A stretch of 64,000 bases of DNA. Source: Ostreococcus lucimarinus (taxonomy: Eukaryota). The position numbers and the translations under genes are program-made. Under the pieces are notes generated by a model that saw nothing but the letters and a program-made list of their open reading frames with translations, ran no database searches and was not told the DNA's origin. The stretch lies in the NCBI GenBank assembly GCA_000092065.1, contig CP000599.1; one strand, 5' to 3'. Within the stretch, counting starts at the first letter, position 1; each line of letters starts with the position of its first letter. This document shows, one piece after another, positions 27,932 through 38,726 of the stretch.

Positions 27932-29968
27932 TCACATCGTCGTCGCCGGCGGGAGAAAGCACACCTCGCTCGCGCCCGACCGCCAACTGTGATCCTCGAC
28001 GTCGTCGTCGTCAGCGACGTCTCTCCACGCGTCTTTCCACAACAAAGCCTCCGTGGCGCTCGGACGTCTTTTTGCGTCGTACGCCAAGCACGCGGCTATG
28101 AGCTCGGCGAACGGTTTGGGTTGCGATCGCGATAAGGCTTCGACGACGCGGCGCTCGAGCGTCGTCGTCGCCGTCGCGACGGGGATCCCGGCGTCGCCGT
28201 ACATCTCGACGAACCTCCTCGCGTGATTCGCGGGCATTTTCATGTCGGCGTAGCTCAACATGGACGATAAAATCAACGCATCGCTCGCGTCTTCCTCGCT
28301 CGCGTCGTCGTCTCCGCCTCGATCGCCGTCCCGGCGCCAAAACGCCATCGCGACGCGCTTCACCTTGGCCTCCGCCTCGGGTTTGTTCGGCGCGTTCTCG
28401 TCCGCGGACCCGCCGAAAAGCTCTTTCCCGGTGCACAAAAAGAACGCCGTGACTCCGAATGCGAACATATCCACCTTGGCGTACTCGTCCATGTCGACTT
28501 TGCCCGACATGTCCCCGAGCAACATCTCCGGCGCTTGGTACCCCGGCGTCCCGTACATCGAGCAGTGCGACTGGTCCGCCAGAATCGCCTGCTTGGCGAC
28601 GCCGAAATCGATCAAAGTCGCGCGATATTTCGTTTTCACTCGCGCGTTCGCGGGAGTCGGACTCAACAGCACGTTGCCGGCTTTGATGTCGCGATGTACG
28701 ACGCCGTGCGAGTGGCAGTGGCGCACGCCGTGCAAGACGCGCCGAAGCGCCGAACGAACGTCGCGCGGGGTCAATTCACCGTTTTCTCGCATCGTGTGCG
28801 CGTCCTTCCCCGCGGCGCTGAGCAACAAATAGCTCTCATTTCTCGACTTTTCCAAAAACGCGGCGTAGATTCGCACGATGGCTGGGTGCGTCGGCACGCT
28901 CGCGAGCGTCGTCGCCTCGACTTTGCCCATTCTGTATCCATCGCCGACGGCGCCCCCGTTGACGACCCCCGGGAACGGATTCGAGCACTTCAAAACCGCG
29001 TCGCCGGCGCCAAAACGTTGTGCCGCTACTTTTGAGCTCTGATGGGTCAGGAACACGTCGCTGAACGCGCCGTCTCCGGCCAGGGCGTCGAGGTAGCGTT
29101 CGCGCCAGAGCGATTTGGCCGCGTACCCGAACACGGCGGCGTCGAACGGCGACCCACTCGCGGTGTCGAAAAGCCACTCCATCGGTTCGGGAGAGGCGAT
29201 TTTACGTTCAAATTCCGCAATCACCCGCTCGCGCTCGTCGCGCGACTTCCCGTGCTGCCGCGAACCGACGAGATTAAAATACTTGGCGCGTTGCTCCTTG
29301 CGTCGAGCTCGCCGAAGCTCGTTTCGCTCCGTCGTCGCCGACGTCGCCTTCGACCTTTTCGACGTGCTCACGGCGGGGTAGAGATCGTCGTAATTCCGTG
29401 GATAATAATCTTCCCGCACGCGCGGCGGCGGCACCGGTCGAGGCGCCGGTCGAGGCGCCGGTCGAGGCGCCGACGCCTGTCGAGGCGACGAATCGACGAC
29501 GCGCGCCGCACCCACCGGACCCACCGCCGCCGAACCCACCGTCGCCGAATCCACCACCCCCCCCCCTCCCGCCCGCTCTCGCGCGAACCTCGCGCGCATC
29601 TCCCGCCTTTTCTCCTCCACCGCCGCTCGTCTCGCGTCTCGCCTCGCGCGCGCCTTCGCCGCCTTCGCCGCCCCCGACACCACCCCCATCGACGCCAGCG
29701 CCAGCGCCAACCCCGCGCCGCTCCACCACTCCGTCGTCACCGTCCCTCGATGCCCCCTCGGCGTCGTCGCTTCGTTCGCTCGCGTCCCGACGACGCCTCG
29801 AGTTCGCGTCGTCTCGCGCGTCGCCTCCCGTCTCGCGTCATCCATCGTTCGCGCCCCGCACGCCGTCGCGATGCCGCACCGCCGACGCCGTCGCGGTGGT
29901 TCCCGCCGTCGCGCGTCGTCACGACGCGTCTTCGCGCATCGCTCGAATCGCGCGACGCTCGCGCGCAT
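27932..29968 (-). CDS. Membrane-anchored Ser/Thr protein kinase (N-terminal TM + Pro-rich region + kinase domain)
   Basis: Kinase subdomains: ...HCHSHGVVHRDIKAGNVLLS..., ...LIDFGVAKQ..., ...YGTPGYQAPEML.... N-terminal TM segment (WWSGAGLALALASMGVVSGAA) and (APRP)n. Confidence 0.75.
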   Translation of the reverse strand: MRASVARFERCAKTRRDDARRREPPRRRRRCGIATACGARTMDDARREATRETTRTRGVVGTRANEATTPRGHRGTVTTEWWSGAGLALALASMGVVSGAAKAAKARARRDARRAAVEEKRREMRARFARERAGGGGVVDSATVGSAAVGPVGAARVVDSSPRQASAPRPAPRPAPRPVPPPRVREDYYPRNYDDLYPAVSTSKRSKATSATTERNELRRARRKEQRAKYFNLVGSRQHGKSRDERERVIAEFERKIASPEPMEWLFDTASGSPFDAAVFGYAAKSLWRERYLDALAGDGAFSDVFLTHQSSKVAAQRFGAGDAVLKCSNPFPGVVNGGAVGDGYRMGKVEATTLASVPTHPAIVRIYAAFLEKSRNESYLLLSAAGKDAHTMRENGELTPRDVRSALRRVLHGVRHCHSHGVVHRDIKAGNVLLSPTPANARVKTKYRATLIDFGVAKQAILADQSHCSMYGTPGYQAPEMLLGDMSGKVDMDEYAKVDMFAFGVTAFFLCTGKELFGGSADENAPNKPEAEAKVKRVAMAFWRRDGDRGGDDDASEEDASDALILSSMLSYADMKMPANHARRFVEMYGDAGIPVATATTTLERRVVEALSRSQPKPFAELIAACLAYDAKRRPSATEALLWKDAWRDVADDDDVEDHSWRSGASEVCFLPPATTM

Positions 29969-30193
29969 CGAATCGATCGTCGACCGTTAGTTTTGGATAG
30001 ATACGCTCGCGCGTCGTCGATTCGACTTTTTGACGTCTTCGCGAGATTCGGGAGGTCGACGCGCGCGTCGTGGGAGCGTCGACGCGAATCTCGCGCGCGC
30101 GTCACCGCGCTCGAGGTCGGGCGTCGGGCGCGCGCGCGACGCGGCGCGCGATGGCGAACGATGCGCGCGCGCGCGAGTGCGTGAACGCGCGAG

Positions 30194-30420
30194 GCGCGGG
30201 CTGGACACGGGCGACGCGAGAGGTTTGTACTCATCGGGATAAATCGTGTTCAATACGCAGAAAACTATTCGAGTTTTCATGTCACGCATATCGAGCCCCA
30301 CGCAGGCGCGGGCTGGACACGGGCGACGCGAGAGTTTTGTATTCATGGGGATACATCGTGTTCAATACACAGAAAACTATTCGAGTTTTCCCATCCCGCA
30401 TATCGGGACGAGCCAGCCCC
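30194..30420. repeat. Tandem duplication, 2 x ~113 bp (~90% identity), in the AT-richer divergent promoter between the kinase and the 30783 gene
   Basis: GCGCGGGCTGGACACGGGCGACGCGAGAG(G)TTTGTA(C/T)TCAT(C/G)GGGATA(A/C)ATCGTGTTCAATAC(G/A)CAGAAAACTATTCGAGTTTTC... repeated head-to-tail. No TIRs or TSDs. Confidence 0.85.
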
Positions 30421-30782
30421 ACGCCCTCCGCCGGCGTCGTAACCACACAGACAGACATTTATCGATCTCGTATACGTACGAATGACTCGTATACTACACA
30501 CAGATACCAGTAATATCGCCACCATCCCGCGCGTCGACCGGCGCGCCAACACCTTCCTCACAGCCGCACTTGGAAGCGCGTCGCCCGAGACGCCGCGCGA
30601 CGCGCGCGTCGACGCGACCGCGCGTCGCGACCCGCGAACGTCGCGCGCGTCGCACCGGTGGGTCGTCGGCGCGCGTCCTCGACGACGCGGGTCGTAGAGC
30701 GCGCGTAACACCCAGGCTGATTTGGATTTGATTTGATTCACTTCAAAGCCGACGTCGAGGGCGGATCGAGGACGGACGCGCG

Positions 30783-33700
30783 ATGTTCGCGCGCGCGCAG
30801 TCGCACCCGAAATCGCATCGCGCGCCCGCGGCGCGAGACGCGGAGAAGCGCGAGACGACGCGCGCGGAGGGTGCGACGAGGGACGTCGAGGCGAGCGCGC
30901 GCGCGGCGCGAGACGATCGCGGACGACGGAGACGCGACGACGCGATGGGCGAAAGACGCGCGACGACGTCGTACGGCGCGTGGGGAGGTGATGTCGAGGA
31001 CGTCGGGGCGCGAGATTCGAGACGCGGCGGAGGGTGGCGGGAGACGAGGACGCGCGCGAGCGAGGGCGGCGGGCGAGACCAATTTTTGACTTCGGCGATG
31101 TTGTGCGTCGGGGCGGTGTCGGTGTGCATCGTGAGCGTGATGATCGCCGGTGGGTTGGCGTTCGTTGGGTTGTCGGAGAATCACGCGGAGCGCGGGATGG
31201 ATTTCGTGCGGAATGGGAACGACGCGTGGACGACGAGCGGGGGGTACGGCGCGGGGGGCGACGGCGGGTCGACGCTGTACGCGTCGCGGGGGGGGGCGAA
31301 CGCGCGAGGGAGGTTCGATTATTTCGCGCAACCGGATAGGATCGATCAAGACAGACTCGTGGATGAGCTCGATAGGCGTTACGGCGCGCGGTTACAGGCG
31401 ATGATGCGCGAATTGAGAGGCGAAACGACGGACGGATTCTCGACGCTCACGATGACGCGCGGGGAAGATCCGAGTTATCTTCCGCCGGCGCCGATGACGG
31501 AGCAGGAGCGCGAGATGAACGAAGCCGCGGAACAACTACGAAGGCTACCGAACGAGCGGTTGCCGAGCGTGGACGACGACGGTGACGCCGACACGACGAC
31601 GACGACGGGGCAAAGTCATCACCTTCACAAACACCATCACCATCACCGATCCAGCGTTTTAGCGACCGAGGAAGCGGAGTATGAGAAGCTCAAACTTCCC
31701 GCTCACGTCGTCGTTAAGGCGCGCGAGAGGTTTGAGCAGTTTGAAAACACGCAAGAGTGGCACGCGAAGATTCGTCAAGACGCCGACAAGTACGTCGAAC
31801 GTTTGGAAGAAATCTACGGCTTGATCAAAAAGTCCAAGCATCACGGCGCGAAAAGCGAGATCAAGCTCGGTGTCGAGGCCGTGCGGCAGTGGCACGCGAC
31901 GATCGCGCGCGATTTGAAGACGAAACTCGCAGTCATGGAGGTTGGCTTGGAGAAGATCGCCGACGCCAAGTCGCGAGATCCCGAGACGCACGTGAGCGCT
32001 CTTTCGGAAGACATCAACGATGAGTTACAGGCGTTGACGACGACGATGGATCGCGTGGATAACTTGCGGGACGTTCTTGGTAAACTTCTCCGAGTCTTGA
32101 CCGAGGAAGACGAAGACGTCGCCGGCGCCGGGACGGCTGAAGACTTGGCTTCGGCGGAGCCGTCGTACGATTTAGCCGCCACGGCTCCGAGTCACGAAGA
32201 GGTGATGAAAAAGTGGAACAACGTCGCCAAAGAGTGGGTGAAACCGAACGGGGAGTTGAACACGGGCCGTGACAGCGGCGTGGCGCACGTTAGCGCGAGA
32301 AATCGTAGCGGCGACGAAAAGTTTGACGATGCGCTGGACGAATCAGACGACGCGGCGCAAGTCCCAGATTGGGTGAGCAAGACGCGAGCGAACGTTGAGA
32401 AAGTTACCACGGGCGCAATCAGCGATGCGGTGAGCGCGAAAGACGCGCCGGGTGGGGACGCGCCGTGGGTGCACTCGCGGGCGCGACTCGGATCGTCCAT
32501 GGAATTTTCGGCGCCGGCACACTTGGGCGTAAACGTCCTTCCGAGCGATACCTTGGCAGACGTGCTCACACAAATCGTTGATCTCGTCCTGAACGTCACC
32601 GAAGCTTTGGACGGCACGCGCTTTGATTTCAACGGCACGCGCTTGAACATCACCGTCGACGTGAACGAAACCGCCGCCGAAACAGCCCTCGGCCCGGACG
32701 CCGCGGCGCTCGGAGAGATGCTCCAATCTGAAGTCGCCGACGCCGTGACGGCGCAACTCCGCGATAAGCGTCTCGCGTACGAGGCTTCGCTCGGGGAAAA
32801 ACCAACGACGACGAAGACACCGACGCGATTCGCCGCGCTCGGTTCGAGCTGGGGATCAAACGAATGGACGGGCACCGACGCCGCCGACGCGTCTTGGGAT
32901 CCGATTCGTGGCGAAGACGACGGCGTGTACGTCGACGATGCGAGCACGCGGCTCGATTGGACGATTCCTCCGGGAGGAGATTCGCGCCTGTCCTCGTCCC
33001 AACCGAACGGTGACGGGGAAGACGAAGAGCTCGCGCCAACGCCGACGCCCGCGGATGAGCACTTCCAATCCAAGAGCAAGAAGAAGATTGTCGAAGAGTT
33101 TGCCAAGGCGGAGCACAAATCCGCCGAGGCGTGGCGACAAGAAGCACTCAAGGCGCAACAAAAGCTCGAGGAAGTGGCGGCAAAGGGTATGGAAAACGAC
33201 GCGGATTTGCAAAAGAGCGCCGGCGCCGTGGAAAAGCTCAAAGGTTTAGTCAAGGAATTCAAAAAGGCTTTGCTGAAGGAGTCCACGGCGCGCGCTAAGG
33301 CCGAGCGATTACTCGAAGAAGAGACCACACGCGCGGCAGAGGAGCAAGAGGACACGGAAAAACGCGTCGTCGAGCAAGCGAAGTTGCAAATTTTAGCCGC
33401 GCGCACCGAGGCGCGCGACGCCTCCTTGGCTCGCATCAAAGCCGAGGAGGAGGCAGAGAAGGCCATTAAAGAGAAAATCGCTCTCGCCAAAGCCGCGGCC
33501 AAGGTGCAACGAAGCGCCGACGAGGCTTTGCGCAGTGTTTTGGCGGATAAGGAAGACGCTGTGGCGCAGAAAAAGTCAAAGATTGAAGAAACCGCGCCGC
33601 GGCCCGACGGGACCGTCGACGCGGTTTCCGACGACGTCCTCGACGCCGCAACTGAAGCGGCGCACGTCGATACCGACGCGACGATCACGCCGCCTGCGAA

Positions 33701-34220
33701 ACGTAAGCCCAAAGTCACGACTTGGGACTCGGCGTTGAAGGACATCGCGCGCGACGCGTCGGACGACGAAGACGAAGACGACGAAGAAGCGTCCGCCGGA
33801 GCGCCGAAATCGAAACCGAGCGCGCGTTCAGCCAAGAACGACGACGACGACGACGACGCGAAATCGTCGTCATCATCATCCGCGACGAAACCCGTCTTTA
33901 CCGCCACCATCGCCGTCAAATCCTACGACGTCTCCAAAAAAGACATGAAACTCCTCCGCGGAGCCTTTCTCAGCCTCTTGCGCGCCAAGGCGCCCGGCGC
34001 GTGCGACGACGCCGAACTCACCCTCACCAAACGCGTCGTCTACGACGGCTCCGTAAAAGTCGACGTTCGGTGCGCCAACGTACCGTCCGTCGACCACCTC
34101 ACCGAGGCCAACGACGCGATGAATTGGGCCTTCGTCGCCAGTCGTAAATTCCCCGACAACTTGGTCAAAATCGGTTTTCGCTCCGCGAGCGCCGACGACG
34201 TCACGTTGGATAGTCACTGA
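30783..34220 (+). CDS. Large hypothetical protein (1145 aa): N-terminal TM anchor, His-run, long coiled-coil regions, conserved-looking C-terminal domain
   Basis: ATG start; TM segment FLTSAMLCVGAVSVCIVSVMIAGGLAFVGL; HHLHKHHHHH; K/E/A-rich coiled coils. The central ~1 kb has lower GC. The antisense S/A-rich ORF 32192..33919 was rejected. Confidence 0.5.
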   Translation: MFARAQSHPKSHRAPAARDAEKRETTRAEGATRDVEASARAARDDRGRRRRDDAMGERRATTSYGAWGGDVEDVGARDSRRGGGWRETRTRASEGGGRDQFLTSAMLCVGAVSVCIVSVMIAGGLAFVGLSENHAERGMDFVRNGNDAWTTSGGYGAGGDGGSTLYASRGGANARGRFDYFAQPDRIDQDRLVDELDRRYGARLQAMMRELRGETTDGFSTLTMTRGEDPSYLPPAPMTEQEREMNEAAEQLRRLPNERLPSVDDDGDADTTTTTGQSHHLHKHHHHHRSSVLATEEAEYEKLKLPAHVVVKARERFEQFENTQEWHAKIRQDADKYVERLEEIYGLIKKSKHHGAKSEIKLGVEAVRQWHATIARDLKTKLAVMEVGLEKIADAKSRDPETHVSALSEDINDELQALTTTMDRVDNLRDVLGKLLRVLTEEDEDVAGAGTAEDLASAEPSYDLAATAPSHEEVMKKWNNVAKEWVKPNGELNTGRDSGVAHVSARNRSGDEKFDDALDESDDAAQVPDWVSKTRANVEKVTTGAISDAVSAKDAPGGDAPWVHSRARLGSSMEFSAPAHLGVNVLPSDTLADVLTQIVDLVLNVTEALDGTRFDFNGTRLNITVDVNETAAETALGPDAAALGEMLQSEVADAVTAQLRDKRLAYEASLGEKPTTTKTPTRFAALGSSWGSNEWTGTDAADASWDPIRGEDDGVYVDDASTRLDWTIPPGGDSRLSSSQPNGDGEDEELAPTPTPADEHFQSKSKKKIVEEFAKAEHKSAEAWRQEALKAQQKLEEVAAKGMENDADLQKSAGAVEKLKGLVKEFKKALLKESTARAKAERLLEEETTRAAEEQEDTEKRVVEQAKLQILAARTEARDASLARIKAEEEAEKAIKEKIALAKAAAKVQRSADEALRSVLADKEDAVAQKKSKIEETAPRPDGTVDAVSDDVLDAATEAAHVDTDATITPPAKRKPKVTTWDSALKDIARDASDDEDEDDEEASAGAPKSKPSARSAKNDDDDDDAKSSSSSSATKPVFTATIAVKSYDVSKKDMKLLRGAFLSLLRAKAPGACDDAELTLTKRVVYDGSVKVDVRCANVPSVDHLTEANDAMNWAFVASRKFPDNLVKIGFRSASADDVTLDSH

Positions 34221-34657
34221 AGGATCATCACCGAATGCATGGGATGATCGCCGAGTGTGAAACACGTTAGTCGTTTGTTAGATAGAGACAAACCACATCA
34301 CGCGAAACCGCGTCGCGCGCGACCGACGCGCGAGCCTCGAGTCGAATTCAAATTCCTTCGGTCCCCTCGTCAGCTCGTGACTTGAAACGACCGTTGTCGA
34401 CCGCGAGTCAACGCGCGTGAATGTAAACACGCAAACAGTCTCACATACACATACACAAGGTGCCGACCCGTATCACAGACTAAAAACCCACACAGTATGT
34501 GTATTTATACGTATAATAAAAATTAGATGGCATTTGCCAGCGCATCGCCAGCGCATCACGCCGAATGTCCGAACCTTCCATTTTATCGCGCCACACTGGT
34601 TATCTGGTAACAGGTTATAATTTCTTTGAATACGAGGCGTGTCGACCCGGTCGACGC

Positions 34658-34700
34658 AGACACGTCGTTTCGCGACACGTCGTTTCGCATGACGTGTCGC
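34658..34700. promoter_or_regulatory. Three ACGT-core elements (GACACGTCGTTTCGC x2 direct + inverted GACGTGTC) in the AMT promoter
   Basis: 15-bp direct repeat at 34658-34672 and 34673-34687, then ATGACGTGTCGCG. Sits 110-150 bp upstream of ATG 34807. A TATATAA lies at 34791. Confidence 0.4.
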
Positions 34701-34806
34701 GCGCGCACCCGGAGACGCGCCGCATTCCTCGACGCCGAGCTCGTCGGTTTCGCGCGCGCACGCTCGAACCGCGACCGCGAAACGAAAGAATATATAATCT
34801 CTCATC

Positions 34807-36471
34807 ATGGGTGCGTGCGCGATGCGCGATAGCGACGTCGTCGGTGCCGCGAACGAGGCGACGATCAGAGACGATTCGACGACGCATTCGAATGCGCGCG
34901 AAGCGACGCGGCGCGAAGCGACGCGGCGCGCGGTCGCGCGCGACGATCGGCGACGGCGAGTGATGGTTGGAAAAGTTTTACATCGTTTGTGGCGCGCGCG
35001 GGGGGCGTCGCGTCGTCGCGGGCGCGGAGAGGACGGACGCGGTCGAGGGGGACGACGCGACCCGCAATTCGACGAGCTGGGGCGGGTCGGTTGATTGAGG
35101 GTTGAAGTGGGATTACACTGTTTACGCATACGCGCTCGGGTGACTGACGAAGACGCGAATCGCGCGCGCGCAGCTGTTGGTGATGACGTCGATATCAACT
35201 TTATGCTGACGAACACCTTCTTGGTGTTCTTCATGCAAGCCGGCTTCGCGATGTTGTGCGCCGGATCCGTGCGAAGCAAGAACACGAAGAACATTTTGAT
35301 TAAAAACGTGCTCGACGCGTGCGTCGGCGCCATCGCGTGGTTCTTGTTTGGCTACGGTTTCGCGTTCGGGGCGACGACCGGAAAGAAGGAAAACGCGTTC
35401 ATCGGTTCCGGTAACTTCGCGATGAAGGACGTCACCACTGCGAGCGAATTGGCGATGTACTTGTTCCAGTGGTCGTTCTCCGCTGCGGCGACGACGATCG
35501 TGTCTGGCTCTGTCGCCGAACGCACCAAGTTCGAGGCGTACCTCGGCTACTCTTTCTTCCTCACCGCCTTCGTGTACCCGGTCGTCGTGCACTGGACCTG
35601 GAGTGGTGGCGCGGGCTGGTTGGGCACTGGCTACACTTTGGGCGACAAGGTCGCTGACGTTGGCATGCACGACTTCGCCGGCTCTGGCGTCGTCCACATG
35701 GTTGGTGGTTTCGCTGGTTTGATGGGCGCCATGATCGTCGGTCCGCGCACCGGTCGCTTTGCTTCCGATGGTCGCGTGAACCCGATGCCGGGCCACTCCG
35801 CCCCGCTCGTCGTTCTCGGCACCTTCGTCCTCTGGCTCGGCTGGTACGGCTTCAACCCGGGCTCCGCGGGCGGCGTCGTCGACAACGCTGAAACTGTGGC
35901 CCGCTGTGCCATCACCACGACGCTCTCCGCCGCCGCTGGTGGTGTGACAGCCATGCTCTTGAACTACAAGTTGTACCACGTCTGGGACTTGATCGCCGTG
36001 TGCAACGGTGTTCTCGCGGGTCTCGTCTCCATCACCGCCGGTTGCGCCGTCACGGAACCGTGGGCCGCCCTCGTCTGCGGTTCGCTCGGCGCCCTCGTCA
36101 TTCACTTCTCCTCCAAGCTCTTGCTCAAGTTCCAAATCGACGATCCGCTCGAAGCGGCGCCGATGCACGGCTTCTGCGGCGCCTTCGGCGTTCTCTGGGT
36201 CGGTTTCATGGCCAAGAAGGAATACGCCGAGGCTCAGGGTGCCAGAGCTGGTGCGTTTTACGAAGGTGGCGGCAAGCAACTCGGCGCGCAAATCGTCGGT
36301 ATCCTCGTCATCATCGCGTGGACGTGCGGCACCATTGGTCCCTTCTTCATGTTGATGAAGAAGTTCAACTTGCTCCGCACCACCGTCGAAGAAGAGACGC
36401 TCGGCTTGGACGAATCCAAGCACGGCGGCAAGGCGTACGCGCTGGAACTCGTCGCTCCGGAACCAGCGTAA
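34807..36471 (+). CDS. AMT1: Ammonium transporter, AMT1 family; main exon 35174..36471, with a 5' intron (acceptor CGCGCAG| at 35172/35173)
   Basis: ...VDINFMLTNTFLVFFMQAGFAMLCAGSVRSKNTKNILIKNVLDACVGAIAWFLFGYGFAFG... is a full-length AMT1 match. The branch motif GGTGACTGACG lies 25 nt before the acceptor. The candidate exon 1 is just ATGG at 34807-34810, followed by a GTGCGT donor at 34811. This gives MAVGDDVDINF..., but the donor choice is uncertain. The track ORF 35095 start is not an authentic initiator. Confidence 0.8.
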
Positions 36472-36670
36472 ACGTGCGCTCCACGGGTTGAACGAACGTA
36501 TCGTCGGTCAGAAATTTTCTGAGCACGTACATCCCGCTCGTTTCTGCGAAGAAGGCGCTCGTACGCACGCGTTCGCGCGTCTCTTTTTCACTCTTAACCA
36601 TCACAAAACAGATTCACCTTCCTCTTTTGTAAAACCGATGATTACTATACCTATTATTATTACACCTCGA

Positions 36671-37798
36671 TCACCACGCGAAACGTTCGATCACGTGCGT
36701 CGGCGTCGCATCGGGATGCTCTCGCAGAACGTCCTCGAGCGCTCGAAGCTTCAACTCCGCGGCGTGAACGCCCACTCCTCGCACGAACACCGTGTCCACG
36801 CCCGCGCGCGCGCCGCCGGCGACGTCGTGCGCCAACGAGTCTCCGACGGCGACGACGCGCGATTTATCCAAATCGCCGCCGGCGGCTTTGATTTCCCACA
36901 GCAACTCTTCGTAAATGATGGACGACGGCTTCCCCATCAAACACACGTACGCCTCGCCGTCCTCGCCCGCGTGCGTGGCGTTGAATTTATCGACGTAATA
37001 TCTCGCGAGCGTCCCCGGCATGGCGACGAGCGTCTCGCCCGAAACCGTCACGAAATCCGGATTCGCGACGCACAGAGGCACCTTGGCCGCCGCCGCCCGT
37101 TCGACGAGCGCCCGCATCGTCTCCTCGTCCACGGTCTCGCACGGCTTCCCATCGCCGCGCCCGATCGCCTCCGTCCCGTGCGCCAACACGAAATCCACGC
37201 GTTCGATCGCGTTCGCGTCGCCAGCGTCGTCGGCCGACGAAACGTCCACGATTTCGATTCGCGCGTTCGTCTCCTCGCCCAGCGTAATCGCGCCGCGAGC
37301 GCTCCACGTCAAATGCGCCGCTCTCGCTCTCCTCCCCTCCGATCTCGCCCCATCGATCGCGCGTCGCAAGCGACGAAAATTATCTCCCATCGCCGTCGTC
37401 TTTTCCGTTCTCCAATCGTCCGCGTCGCGCGTCGCGAACCGCCGCGCGACTTCGCCGCTCGTCATCGCGCCGCGAAACGCCGTCGCCGAGAACCCCATCG
37501 ACGCCAACCGCGCGATCGTGCCCTCTCGACCGCGCGAGGAGTTCGACACGATGTATATCCGCTTCCCCATCGCGGCGAGCGCGTCGACGCACTCGACGGC
37601 GCCGTCGTACGGCGTCGAACCGTCGTGCAGTAGACCAAACTGGTCCAGCAGCCAAACGTCGTAGTCGTCCGCGAATCGCGACACGCGCGTCGCGCGCGTC
37701 GACGTCATCGCCGCGGAATCGCGCGAGCGACGCCGTCGCGAGCGCGCGGACGACGCGCGCGCGGTGGCGACGCGAGAGAGATTCGACGCCGTCGCCAT
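36671..37798 (-). CDS. HAD-superfamily subfamily IIA hydrolase (PGP/CECR5-like phosphatase)
   Basis: DVWLLDQFGLLHDG (motif I DxD context)...IYIVSNSSR...VAVGDSLAHDVAGGARAGVDTVFV (motif III). Organelle-presequence-like N-terminus. Confidence 0.65.
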   Translation of the reverse strand: MATASNLSRVATARASSARSRRRRSRDSAAMTSTRATRVSRFADDYDVWLLDQFGLLHDGSTPYDGAVECVDALAAMGKRIYIVSNSSRGREGTIARLASMGFSATAFRGAMTSGEVARRFATRDADDWRTEKTTAMGDNFRRLRRAIDGARSEGRRARAAHLTWSARGAITLGEETNARIEIVDVSSADDAGDANAIERVDFVLAHGTEAIGRGDGKPCETVDEETMRALVERAAAAKVPLCVANPDFVTVSGETLVAMPGTLARYYVDKFNATHAGEDGEAYVCLMGKPSSIIYEELLWEIKAAGGDLDKSRVVAVGDSLAHDVAGGARAGVDTVFVRGVGVHAAELKLRALEDVLREHPDATPTHVIERFAW

Positions 37799-38031
37799 GC
37801 GCGACGAAGAGTGACGCGGCGCGACGCGCGCTCGCGGATCGCGGACGCGCGCATCACGGTATTACAGCGCGCCTAACGTGAGATTTAAACGATTTTCGCG
37901 TCGCGCGGCGCGCGGCGCGCGCGACGACCGATCGACCGATCGACGCCGCGCTCGACGCCTCGGTCGACTCGACGACTCGACGACTCGACGTCCCGACGTC
38001 CCGACCGCCGAACGCCCTTTCGCGCGCGCGC

Positions 38032-38487
38032 CTAATCCCTCAACAACTCGTCGTTTTCAGCGTCCACGATGCACGCCTCGACCTCGTCGACGTCGCCTCG
38101 CATCACCGCCGTCATGCAGTCCTCGAAGACGCGCTCGGCGCTCAGCTCCTTGAGCTTCGCCGTCCAAAACGCGTCGCCCTTCACCTCCGGTCGTCGTCGC
38201 AGCGTCTCGATCGTCGCCGTCGCGCTGACGCCGTGTTCATCGAAACCGTCCTCGCACTCGAGCAGGCACCGCTCGAGCTCGGCTTCGTCGCCGGACGCCA
38301 CCGCGTCGAGGCACGAGCGCAGCACGCGCTCGCTCGCGCGCGCCTCGGTCTCCGTCTCCGCGTCGCGATTCGCGGCGTCCGACGACGCGGCGCGGCGCGA
38401 CGCGCGGTCGCGCGTGTCGCGTTTCGCCCGCGCGGCGCGCGCGCGAATCGACGGCGCGAGCGCGACGCGAGCGCTTCGGGACATCAT
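38032..38487 (-). CDS. Small hypothetical protein (151 aa) with presequence-like N-terminus
   Basis: ATG MMSRSARVALAPSIRARAARAKR..., then an acidic Cys-containing domain. No family recognised. Confidence 0.35.
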   Translation of the reverse strand: MMSRSARVALAPSIRARAARAKRDTRDRASRRAASSDAANRDAETETEARASERVLRSCLDAVASGDEAELERCLLECEDGFDEHGVSATATIETLRRRPEVKGDAFWTAKLKELSAERVFEDCMTAVMRGDVDEVEACIVDAENDELLRD

Positions 38488-38726
38488 CGCGATCGCCGCG
38501 CGGTCGCGCGATCGGCGGGTTTCGCGGCGTCGATTCCGCGCGCGGCGTCGCGATGCGGGACGTCGCGCGCGCGGCGTGCGTCGATGCGTTTAAACCGCGA
38601 GCGGACGCGCGCGAGCGGGGCGAATCGGCGCGAGGCGAAGAGTGCGGCGAAGAGAGACGAAGGGAGACGCGATCGGGGCGCATCGTGCTGAGTCATCCAA
38701 CTGTCGATTAAATTATTCGCGGCGAG

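Noticed and set aside
34807-35094. ORF 34807..35094 (MGACAMRDSDVVGAANEATIRDD...) as a long AMT first exon
   Set aside because: It continues into low-complexity R/G-rich sequence and ends at a stop with no usable phase-1 donor other than the one right after ATGG. Only the ATG(G) is tentatively retained.
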